Under the pieces are notes generated by a model. It was not told the origin of the DNA and made no database searches. It was given only the letters and a program-made list of their open reading frames with translations. Made by a program: the position numbers and the translations under genes. A stretch of 63,016 bases of DNA, filler included, from Lenisia limosa (Eukaryota; Protista; Breviatea): NCBI GenBank assembly GCA_001655205.1. It is 9 parts of 9 records of this genome, joined end to end, with 100 filler letters (N's around TTAATTAATTAA, not from the genome) between each part and the next. Parts side by side here need not be neighbours in the genome. Positions count along the whole stretch, not along the records: positions 49,224 to 51,546 come from LPNZ01009388.1; positions 51,647 to 54,531 come from LPNZ01006469.1; positions 54,632 to 60,014 come from LPNZ01002319.1; positions 60,115 to 61,238 come from LPNZ01000526.1; positions 61,339 to 63,016 come from LPNZ01006366.1; 4 more parts are not named here. One strand, written 5' to 3'. Positions 51,533 to 62,847 of the stretch are shown here, piece by piece; the first letter of the stretch is position 1, and each line of letters starts with the position of its first letter.

Positions 51533-52219
51533 CTGGGGGGGGGGGGNNNNNNNNNNNNNNNNNNNNNNNNNNNNNNNNNNNNNNNNNNNNTTAATTAATT
51601 AANNNNNNNNNNNNNNNNNNNNNNNNNNNNNNNNNNNNNNNNNNNNTGGAAATGAACATATGCTTAGTATACATGCATACACTGAACGAGATAAGTCCTG
51701 ACCATTAAGTCTTGGATCATAACATTTCATCATTTTAAATATTTTTTTAAAATAATTATGGGACTAGATGCCTACAAAAGTGAAGTTTTGATTTTATATT
51801 AATTGTTCCTTTTTGGGTAGTGTAGTGAACGCATTCACTAAAATCATCAAAATGATTTAGGCTTTTTGTTTCATAAATTTGCCAATTTTACTCTCCCCCC
51901 CCCCCCNNNNNNNNNNNNNNNNNNNNNNNNNNNNNNNNNNNNNNNNNNNNNNNNNNNNNNNNNNNNNNNNNNNNNNNNNNNNNNNNNNNNNNNNNNNNNN
52001 NNNNNNNNNNNNNNNNNNNNNNNNNNNNNNNNNNNNNNNNNNNNNNNNNNNNNNNNNTGGGAGGGGGTGACACATTGTTGAGGGTCTTTTGGGGATACAC
52101 TAAATGTCTTCAAATTAGCTTTTAAATAAGCGTATAGGGGGGGAGATAGTTCACACAATCTTTGAAAGGGATGGTGTGGGCTGACTCAGACAGGCACTTC
52201 TTTCATTAACAATGCTCAG

Positions 52220-54489
52220 GGCTATCTTATATGACAATGCTCAGGTTGTATCGTCTCTTCTCAGTGGCCTAACAGACTACTACACGGACGACAGAGGCGA
52301 TGTTGGCAGTTGGGTGCGTGTGGCCGCAATGGAGGGTCTCACTGCGTTTGTACCCTTGGCCATGCGGATGGGTGTCGGGTGCGTGGGGGTATTGACTCCC
52401 ATATTATACAAAGGACGAATAGTGTACTTGAGCCATACATACATGTATATTCCTTTGGTGCTTTCTTTTTCAGCCTCTCCCTTGCTCAGCCTACATTTAT
52501 TCTTTACACCAGTCACTGTTTATTAGAATATCTCCGACGATGATCAACGAAATGTTTGGTCTTTTGCTGCAGAACGCAGCAGAGAAGATCGACCGTATCC
52601 GTCTTGCTGCTGGCTCGACTATCGAAATCGTGGGATGGATCGGGTTTATTTAAAGTGGAATAGGCATCTTTATGATTGGTTATTGGGNNNNNNNNNNNNN
52701 NNNNNNNNNNNNNNNNNNNNNNNNNNNNNNNNNNNNNNNNNNNNNNNNNNNNNNNNNNNNNNNNNNNNNNNNNNNNNNNNNNNNNNNNNNNNNNNNNNNN
52801 NNNNNNNNNNNNNNNNNNNNNNNNNNNNNNNNNNNNNNNNNNNNNNNNGATTGCGTTCTGCATGCCGCAAGGAGCAGTGACAAGCCACGCCGGAATAAGG
52901 AAGAACATCGTCAAGGCCTATACACTGACTGTGCTCAGGGAAGAACACACTGTGGCCAATACGGACGCCGCCCTCTCGGGTATCGACAAAGTGCTGAACA
53001 GGTGGGAGGGGGTGTAGATGAGAGCCATAAATAACATTGAACCTTCACTTCATGGAATTAAATGAGAATCTTGTCCATTGAGTTCCACGATATAGTATGT
53101 ATGTATATATACATTGATAGTATGTACATATTGTACATGCATTTCTCAAAAAAAGCCATATTTTAATGGAACTATCCCCCNNNNNNNNNNNNNNNNNNNN
53201 NNNNNNNNNNNNNNNNNNNNNNNNNNNNNNNNNNNNNNNNNNNNNNNNNNNNNNNNNNNNNNNNNNNNNNNNNNNNNNNNNNNNNNNNNNNNNNNNNNNN
53301 NNNNNNNNNNNNNNNNNNNNNCCACACCTGCCATCCCATGGTCTCTCCCGTCCACTGCGTTTGCCGTGGCCTCCAGCCTGATAGAGGAGGTGAGTGGGGA
53401 GATAGGTAGATGCACTCATGACATTTACATATTATTGCAAGGTACTCCTTTTTATCTCAATTATTTCTTGAAACAACTTTGCACAGCTATTGAGCTTTAT
53501 GTCCTTCTGGTGGTTTGTGTGTCTCACATCGCCAGGATGTTTTCACGAAGGCGGTGATCACTGGACTTGTGGTGTCGTCCGGAGTTCTGACCGAATCCAT
53601 TGGTGGGTCAGGCTTCACGAGGCTCAGAAGTTATCAAAAAGGAAGCCAAGGAGTTTGATTTCAATCCCGTATCTGACTCCCCCCGCCCCCGAGTTAGTGT
53701 AATCACCCCCACAGCCTTTTCGGCTCGCGACTCTCTGCAGTGTTTCCTCAACAACTCTCCGCTGACACTTTTCGAGGACTCTCCTTCAGAGTACCTGGTG
53801 GGAGGGGGGGGGGAATTCACGAAGATGCTTTTGATAGTTTGTGGCTTTTATAATGTGGAAATGATTCCATGTTTTTGAGATGTTGTTGCACATTCTGACG
53901 ATTCAGCTGCCGACACGGACCTCCCAGGAAGGACGGGTCAAAATACTCTGTGACATGCTTTCCGACCTACTGAAAGAGGAGAACCCTCGGCTTGTCCACT
54001 CTGTTTTAATGGTTGCTGAGCTAGAACGGAAACTCTTTTATGCCATAAAAATATATGAGATGGAATTGCTATTTTTCGGGGTTTGGTCAAAAAATATCCC
54101 ACTTCTTTTCAGCTTGAGCATTAATGTCAACATCTTGTACTCTATCCCTGACCTGTCCAGACCATTGAAGCCCTTTTGCAGAACAAAGTACTGAGAAACT
54201 CTAATGAAGGCCCCATGTTCGCCCAAGTAAGGGGGGAGAGTAACTCTTTTGTAGTGAGTTTGGTTTGAGTGTGGTGATTCAGACTGATTAGGTCGAGTTT
54301 CACAGTTTAGAACACGCATGTACAGATCAAAGTCATCATGAAAACATCCAAGGTTAGTCATTTGTCTTATCGGGCCGCACAGCATGGCTAATTGAAAGAA
54401 GGCGCTTCCTGCCTTACCACCTTATCACGTAGGAAGTTCGCCTCTTGACCACGTGCATCAATGTTCTCATGGAGCTTCTCCATTTCGAG
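52220..54489 (+). CDS. TBCD: Tubulin-specific chaperone D (tubulin-folding cofactor D), internal fragment
   Basis: LTDYYTDDRGDVGSWVRVAAMEGLT, LLQNAAEKIDRIRLAAG, IPWSLPSTAF, AVITGLVVSSGVLTESI and EVRLLTTCINVLMELLHFE occur in the order expected for the TBCD C-terminal half. Confidence 0.88.
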
Positions 54490-54631
54490 GTCTGTGTGGC
54501 AGCCTGTCGATGTAATTACCCCCCCCCCCCCNNNNNNNNNNNNNNNNNNNNNNNNNNNNNNNNNNNNNNNNNNNNTTAATTAATTAANNNNNNNNNNNNN
54601 NNNNNNNNNNNNNNNNNNNNNNNNNNNNNNN

Positions 54632-55139
54632 GCCCTGTAAACGCCCGCCATCCTAAAAGAGTTATTCGACGGTGAGGTAATTCAGCTTCAAAACAAGTAG
54701 AGGTGAACAACATTAATGGATGGATGATAAACATTATATTGCTCAAAAGGGGCTTAGTATAGAGGTTTACTCGGAAGACAAGTGAGATGACATGTACATG
54801 ACATGGATGCCAGTGTTATATTTCCTCACCTGCACAATAAGATTGTCAAAATCGTCTTCTCCCAGCCATTTTTCGAGCAATCGAACGGCCCAGGTATCAT
54901 CATGGAACAACGAATAGACAAGAATCTGGCAATCAGAGGGAGGATGCGGAGTACCATATACCAACAAAACGGAGAAAAAAAAAACCCTAATTTGATTGTG
55001 AGCTCACCAACAACAAGCCCCCTACCAATGCTGTGACAATGATGAAGAAGAGGATGACAAAGAGGTAGATAGTAGAGCCAGTCCATATAGCTGGCGTTCC
55101 CGAGGAATGCAAACGAGAGGCTGGAACAACCTTCGTCAT
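54632..55139 (-). CDS. Unidentified N-terminally membrane-anchored protein, 5' fragment, divergent from PEP mutase
   Basis: ATG at 55139. It reads MTKVVPASRLHSSGTPAIWTGSTIYLFVILFFIIVTALVGGLLL|ILVYSLFHDDTWAVRLLEKWLGEDDFDNLIVQ|... and is cut by the scaffold end. Confidence 0.5.
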
Positions 55140-55543
55140 GACAATAAACACGAAATGGTCAGCAACTTCTTTACATTGTTATTCTTGTTGTTGTGATAGT
55201 TAACACCATGAGTGCAAGGGAGTGAGCGGGGCCAGTGAAATTTCCCTTAGTGGATCCACTTTCAGATCAAAAACCCATTAATATTTCTTCTTTATTTATT
55301 ATAATCAATGTGAAGCAGCAACACAGAGACGCAGAGACGCAGAGTGTAGTAACCTTCTTCTTCCTTTCTTCCCCGTGCCGGTACCGGGTCGAGAAGCAAA
55401 TGTGTGAGGCAAATGCAAATGGAATTGATTTCGGCCGCGCGTTTGTGATTTGAACTGTTCCCAATTTTTTTGTAAGCCTTTTTTTGACCCTCAAAATGTG
55501 AGTATATTTGATGTCTGTCGCACACTTATCAGTCTAGAAAACA

Positions 55544-57780
55544 ATGTTGTCTTCAGTGACCAATCTTGTGAGCAAAGCCGCTCCCCTCTGCTCAAGGGCA
55601 ATCTCTACTACCTCAGCTACTACGAAAACCAAAATTTTCCGTGATATGCTGACGTCAGACAAGCTTGAGTTTGTGATGGAAGCTCACAACGGAATGTCTG
55701 CCAAGATTGTCGAAGAGGCCGGTTTCAAGGCTATTTGGGCAAGGTGAGGGTCATTTCAAGTCTTTTGGACCGTGATTTATTTGTTGTAACCTTCTCTCTG
55801 CTGCTTCTACTGCCTCCTATCTTTTAAATAGCTTATACGTGCTAAATAAATCCAAAAGTGCGCTTTTTTTTTTTATTGTTCCGAGTTTAAAATTCAAACC
55901 TTCTCTTCAGTGATCCCCCAACCCATTCACAGCCCATTCATTCTACTGGGCTTTTATTTCTGAAATGAATACTGATAGAATTGTACTGTTGTTGAAATTA
56001 ACATATTGATTATTGAGATGTGTTTGGACTCTGGAAATCCATTTTGTCTGGACAATTCTTCCTGGGGGAAACCAGGTTATAGAGGTATGCGAAACTAACT
56101 TTCTTTTAGTGGACTTTCCATGTCTGCTTCACTTGGTGTTCGTGACTCAAATGAAGCTTCATGGACTCAGGTAAGCTTTTCTCTCCTTTCCTTAAATGCC
56201 GGTTCTCTTTTCATGCCGCAGGTCCTTGACGTCTGCGAGTACATGTCTGACGCCACCAACATCCCCATTCTCCTTGATGGTGATACTGGTTTGTGGCAAA
56301 ATGCTTTCAGGTTGATGGGACATTTTAGCATGAGGTGGCCGGTGTGAATGGTAAGAACTAACCTCCCAGGATTTGGTAACTTCAATAACGCTCGCCGTCT
56401 TGTCCGCAAGCTGGAGCACCGTGGTGTTGCCGCCGTTTGTCTTGAAGATAAGGTCCGTTGAAGGTTGACTTCTATTAAAAGCAGTTTTTTTTTTCACGTA
56501 CAACATTTACTTTTTCAGCTCTTCCCCAAGACTAACTCTTTCATCGATGTTGAAGGTGGGGAATTCTAAAATGGGGGGAGGGGTATTATAACTCGTTTCG
56601 TTTTTAAGGACAAGAGGAGCTTTGTATCAGTTTTTTTTAATAAACGCCCTTAGGAGGCCAGCCCCTTGCCGACATCACCGAGTTCTCCGCCAAGATCACA
56701 GCCTGCAAGGACGCACAGCAAGACCCTAACTTCTCGGTCGTTGCCCGCGTTGAGGTGTGTTTCACGGATTGTCGTGGTATTGTAATATCTCAATATGACT
56801 TTTGGAGTTATTGTGATATGGGTGATGAAATGTCTGAATTGAGTATTTATTGAAAAATTGTGATGAGTGTTGGAGGAGTTCTAATTGTTCCAGTCACTCA
56901 TTGCCGGATGGCCCCTTGAGGAGGCACTCACCCGCGCCCACTCTTATGCTGATGCTGGTAGGTTGTTCGCTTACCTTCTAAGGTGCAAATGGCAGCTTTT
57001 CAACGCATTATGAGCTACCACGACAATTTGAAAATCTTCTGGCTTTAGTTTTTTCTCGGGCTAGTTTCTGGTTTAAAAACATTAGCTGAAATACCCCCCT
57101 TCACAATATCATTATATAGGTGCTGATGCTGTTCTTGTTCACTCCAAGATTAAGACTAGGTGAGCTGCTATCTGACACTCTGTGATTTGTTCAACTAGAA
57201 TACTGTTTGTTAAAAACCGCCCCGTTACCCTATTAGTGAGCAGATTGACGCGTTCATGAAGGAGTGGAAGAGAGATACTCCCATTGTCATTGTCCCCACC
57301 AAGTACTACAACACTCCCACCGAGCACTTCAAGGTAGTTCATAATTCCACATTGACAGATGATACTATGAGAGTTTTCTGGAACCTCCGCTGACGTTCAG
57401 GATATTGGTGTTTCTACCGTGATTTGGGCCAACCACAACTGCCGCGCCGCGGTGACTGCCATGCAGGAAATCACTCGTGAAATCTATGAGAAGCAGCACC
57501 TTATGGATGTCGAGTCTGGGTATGTGGGGTCTGCATCTGTTGTTTGACGGGCTGGCTTTGGCTTCTACAAGCCTTGGAAATCAAAAGGAATTGGAAAAAG
57601 AAGAAGAAGAAGATATATCCATTTTGTAATCGTGGCTGTGTCTTCCTCCCTTCTTGGTTTCGAATCCTCGTTCCCCCCTCCCCCTCCTGTAACCCCTCCA
57701 GCATCGCAACAGTGAACGAGCTTTTCCGTTTGCAGAACGAGGCTGAGCTTCGTGAGGCCGAAAAGGTCTACCTCCCCTAG
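55544..57780 (+). CDS. pepM: Phosphoenolpyruvate mutase (PEP phosphomutase), complete, 11 exons, with an N-terminal mitochondrial-type presequence
   Basis: The spliced protein contains [64 protein letters not shown], the PepM-diagnostic [50 protein letters not shown] and [20 protein letters not shown] (TAG 57778-57780). The introns are GT-AG and phase-consistent. Confidence 0.96.
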
Positions 57781-59405
57781 GTTTGCTTCATCCTTATGAG
57801 CGAAATCCTCTTTCTAGTGTATTGCAAACAACATTACACCCTCATTCTCCATTTGCGGCAAACTCTGACGTACTAATTCCATCTCATTACCTTTTTTTTT
57901 GCTTACACTCTAACTCCCTGGTCATTTTTCTTCAGTCTATTCTGACTCTGTAGACAGTTTGAAAGGTGTGATTCAGAGAGTACAGGATTTACTAGTGTAT
58001 GGTAAATGGTTAATGTAACATTTTGGTCAAATCAAACATCAGTTATCATCTCAAGATCTCAAGTTTGTCTCAAACATTATCACATAAAAGAGCGTTGAGT
58101 GAAACGGTCAACAAATGTTCAGTGGTTCAGTGCTCTGAGATTGCCCAACCCACCTCCTCAATCAATTAATAATAATTCTCTAATACGCGTGGACGCCTGG
58201 AGCAGACCCTCGATGTCGGTGTTCAGTCGGTTGTCAGAGCTGGCGTTGCAGTTGGGGGTTGTGTAAACTGTAATTCTCTGTGGGAAACTTACAGTCCTCA
58301 CTCGGCTTCGTCCCTCGGAACCTCCTTTCAACAACCGCGAAAATCCCGGAATACCATATCCCCTCGGGAACATATATGATATGATATGGTTTGAACAAAA
58401 ACTGGGGGTTTTCTTTCAATTTTGGACAAGAGATGACTAATTTTCACCAAAAACACACATTTCAAAAGAGTTACATACAATCACATGATCTGGGGTATCA
58501 ACAAACATGCAATAGTAGCTCATTATTTAATTCAAAATACATAGAAAAAAAAACACGAATATGGGAATAATCACGCTTATTTTATCAAAAAATTGCAGAA
58601 ATCTTCCGACATACAGAGCGAGAAAAATCTTGAAAATGATTAAAAATGAGCGTAAATTTCTACAGATTGGCAAAAATATGATAGATGTAAATAATTCATG
58701 GGAGTGTTCGCGTTCATGTATAGTCACCTTCAAATTCGAATTCTCCTTAAAAATCTGGGTTTTCTCAGTCATATGCCCAATATGCTTTTCTTATGAAAGA
58801 GGGGGTTTTCAAAAAATATTTTGGAGTAAAAGAAACTGGATGACCCCGTTATTGATGTTCCTGTGCTGGAACCACTAAAAATTGTTGTTACTAAAACGAA
58901 TTGTCACGATTTTTGGCTTGTTCGCGGTTTTAAACAAACCTATACCTGATATATGTATCATATTACCACACTCCCTACAAACCATGGGGTGTGTATATAT
59001 ACAATCTTTTCCGTTTGCCACAAACATGTTTTTCCACTCCCTTTGTCTTTGCCGCTTTCCAACCTCCACAACACAACATGATGACACAACACATTTGCAT
59101 CGCACCTGCACCCATATTGCAGAAAGAAGCGAAGAAGAGCAACAGTTGAGTTCATCTTCGCATCTGATCAAACAACTCAGGTGGTTAAGTCAAGAAGCAG
59201 TCAATAAGTCTTTAAAAAGTTGTTATAAATCACATTAAAGTGGGAGAGCGATCAGGAGGTTGAAATGAAAAGATCACCAGCCTGTTGCAAGCCCCTCGCC
59301 CTCGCCCTAAGCCACCCTCCCCCTATATGTAGGTTAGTGTTTCAGTCATTTTTTATATATTTTATTCCAGCATCCTTTCAATCCTTTTTATTATCCTGTT
59401 CCAAT

Positions 59406-59879
59406 ATGACCATGAAAACCTCTGATATCATTTCCGTTATTCGCCAGCAAAGGTAAGACAAGCACTTCTCTTCCATCCTTTCGCTCAATACATATCTTTT
59501 CTAAAATCAAACTTTTATTTTCCATATTAAAATATTCATGATATAGATCAAAGAAAGCCATCCAAATGATTGACTTCAAAACAGTTCTGCAGCGTGATGA
59601 GGTATGAAAACAGAGTTGCATATTTTGTTGATACCAACATTATTGAGAAATATCAGTTCATGCCTCTGACCTTATTCAGCTCAACCGCACCCCCCTGCAA
59701 TGGGCAGTTATTGGTAGGCTTGATTTTTTGATATGAAGTACTGCATTTGCTAAAGTACAACTTTCATACATTTGCAATCCTCGTTTACCAAGTTTTGAAA
59801 TGACAGTCCAGGGGGTATGAAGCAATTAGTCAGTGCATTAGCCGCCCATCCCGGCACTAAACTTAATGCCCAGGATAAG
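59406..59879 (+). CDS. Ankyrin-repeat protein, 5' fragment
   Basis: Exons read MTMKTSDIISVIRQQR|SKKAIQMIDFKTVLQRDE|LNRTPLQWAVIG|GMKQLVSALAAHPGTKLNAQDK. The RTPLxWA...G...LV..L...G..LNAQD pattern is an ankyrin consensus. Confidence 0.75.
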
Positions 59880-60438
59880 GTGGGTTCATTTTTTATGTGC
59901 AATCTCAATAACCCCAAATATTTTTTCTTAATCTATTATGACAAACCAGATATCGATATCACACCGTCCATATATCTGTGAATTTTCCTCTATCTGTGAA
60001 AACAAGCCAAATGANNNNNNNNNNNNNNNNNNNNNNNNNNNNNNNNNNNNNNNNNNNNTTAATTAATTAANNNNNNNNNNNNNNNNNNNNNNNNNNNNNN
60101 NNNNNNNNNNNNNNTTAGTTTAGGACCGTTATTAAAAGTTTAATAATAAATGCGACATACAGCAAATAGTTGGAGAATGAAATATATTTTATGGAAGTGT
60201 TCATTGTAGAGGAGGTACTTAAAAATTCGTAAATTAACGTAAAATTCGTTTACCCAAAAGGTCAGGATATGTATAACAATGACAAATAAAAAATAAGGTT
60301 GTATCTCGCCAAAACCGTCCACACCGCCACGCTTTTAAGAGAGGCTATTGTAGATCCATATGTGAAGAAGGGTGGAAGAGGAAAGTGAGTGAAGAAGGGT
60401 GTGTGTAAAGGACAAGTGGGGCGAATACTCTTAGAGTG

Positions 60439-60530
60439 GCATTTCTACATCTTGCATTTCTACACCTTGCATTTCTACATCTTGCATTTCTACATCTTGC
60501 ATTTCTACATCTTGCTTTCTGTGCATCTTA
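60439..60530. repeat. 15-bp tandem repeat (GCATTTCTACATCTT) x5 plus one degenerate copy
   Basis: Directly visible head-to-tail units with no spacers. Confidence 0.9.
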
Positions 60531-62185
60531 TGTTTCTACTTGAATTTATACATGTGTGTCTGATGGACAAGGCTGACCGCAACTTTTTGGACCTTCCCTT
60601 ATAGCGAGATTTTGAGTTTCTGTTCCTTTCTTCTTCTTCTGGGGGAACTAACTAACTATTCTCTTGTTGATCGAAAAGAAAAAGCCTTCATAAAGTTCCA
60701 CCCTAAGAAGAAAGGTCAAAGGCGAGGTGTTAGGGTGGAAGATACGGCCTGCATCCGCGGGTGGAACCTCACCATTGGTGACTTCGTTTCACGCCCGTGT
60801 AACCTTTCTGCTGAAACGGCATCATACGAGTGTTTAACAAGAAATCGCAGCCATGGGTAGTATACTGAACACTCAGTCTGAGAACGCCTTTTGTCTTTCT
60901 TCATTTCTGCAAAAAGCAATTCCATTCAAACCTCTACACATATCATATCATATCAATAGAAATTTAATAAAAGACCACAGAAACCTTTGAGTTGAATATA
61001 TTTAACGTTTAGAACTCTAAAAATAGTATTACCGTTTCAAAGACCTCAAGATACGGTACACACGGTGATACCAGGCCCGGAAGCACCGGAAAACCCGTCA
61101 TAACATACACCACACCCGTCTCCCCTGTATAAATTAAAAGGTTGGATGTGGTGCATCAATAGAGCCTCAGTTCAGTCCGAAAAACCAGGTAAAATATTGC
61201 CTCTACTAATTATGTTGGACCAAAGAAGCCTGAGTAATNNNNNNNNNNNNNNNNNNNNNNNNNNNNNNNNNNNNNNNNNNNNTTAATTAATTAANNNNNN
61301 NNNNNNNNNNNNNNNNNNNNNNNNNNNNNNNNNNNNNNGCAGTGTTGTTATGCTTCTGTCAAGACAATGCCCGATATTCTTAAAAGACATAGTATACTAT
61401 CCCTAAACATCCTCTGAATCTGGTCTCCACAAACCTACATTACGTAAGCTTAACCAATACTAAATCAATTATGTCCAATCTTCCAACCCCTTTCTGCAAT
61501 AGGGCTTCACTTCCGTCTGAAAAAGACCAGTGGAATTATCAAGGATTTTACAAGGATTTATCGAGAATCATTTTTCGGACTCCCCCTACCACTTGCACAT
61601 CTATCTCATTTTATACTTAGTATATATATTGAATATAGCAGATTAGTTTATCAAAGGTGGGTAGTAGAGCCCAATGTATCAACCGACGAGCCCCAAATCC
61701 ATGAATTTTGTCCAAAAGGCCAAAAGCTGTACCCAAAATACATGGGAAAATCCTTACCCTCCGAGGTTTCATTCTGGTAGCGGTTTTAAAGGCACGCACT
61801 TGTGGGTGGATAGTTACTATCTATTTACCCATTCACACTGAGTTGAGTAACGTTGTCAGCCCCCCCCCCCNNNNNNNNNNNNNNNNNNNNNNNNNNNNNN
61901 NNNNNNNNNNNATCTTGATTACCCTGCACCACTCTCTCTTTGAAATCAGAACAACTTAAATCACGAAACAATACACAACATTACTCCTTATCCGATACCT
62001 GAAGCAATTAAAAAACATACTGTGTTCTCGGATTGCAGTATCAATGTCAAATTGATTGCTACAACAACCTACGATCCGCTCATTACCATTGTTTGTTAAT
62101 CTAATCGAAGAAGATGATTATTATTCTCTCAATTGAAACAAAAAAAAAGTGTTAAAATAAACACTGTTTTATTTGTTTTCATGTA

Positions 62186-62255
62186 ACGTGAAGTCTTGAC
62201 CAATTTTCTCTACGATTTCCCAAGGAAAATCGGTCAAGACTTATCCCGGTCACTA
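62186..62255. mobile_element. MITE family B copy (inverted, left TIR partly deleted)
   Basis: AAGTCTTGACCAATTTT...GATTTCCCAAGGAAAATCGGTCAAGACTTATCCCGGTCAC; the internal part is the reverse complement of the 31853 copy. Confidence 0.7.
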
Positions 62256-62439
62256 TAATTTGAAGAAGGAAAAAAAAATATATATATGGGGTCAACAAAA
62301 GGGTGGTAGTAACAACAAGGCTATGTTTACATGAGTAAAAGTTGAGAAAGAGTCAGAGATCCAAAAAAACATTCAAACAAAATACCATGTTATAAAATGA
62401 CGTGATCCTCTCCCCCCAACCTCAATTTCACTTTCTTCC

Positions 62440-62784
62440 GATTCGGAACTTGAGCCTTCCGACTCCGAGCCTGAAGCGTCCGTCTTCTTCTTGTGGTGGC
62501 GGTGGTGAGCGTCGAGGCCGGCCCACTGTGTTGGTTAAAACATGTATGGTATAATATAATATATCGATATACTGTATGCTATAATAAATACATATACAAT
62601 GATAGAGATGAGAAATAAAACAAGGTTGTATCCGGGTGTTGGTTAATAATAGATAGTCCGCGCTGTGTTTGTTAATAAAAGCGCTTCACTTTCGGGTAAA
62701 ATATCGATATTTATCGAGGAGTCATGGAAGAGTCAGTTTTTCGCCAGAAAACACCACCACCACAAACAACAACAACAGGAATAA

Positions 62785-62847
<63 letters not shown>

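Noticed and set aside
58158-58419. GC-richer minus-strand ORFs between pepM and the ankyrin gene
   Set aside because: I could not build a consistent exon chain or find a recognisable motif.
60439-60530. CRISPR-like array
   Set aside because: The 15-bp units are head-to-tail with no unique spacers, there are no cas genes, and the context is eukaryotic.
18766-61294. Repeated TTAATTAATTAA motif as a CRISPR repeat or biological element
   Set aside because: It is always centred in exactly 44 N + 12 + 44 N and has stops in all six frames, so it is a synthetic joining linker.
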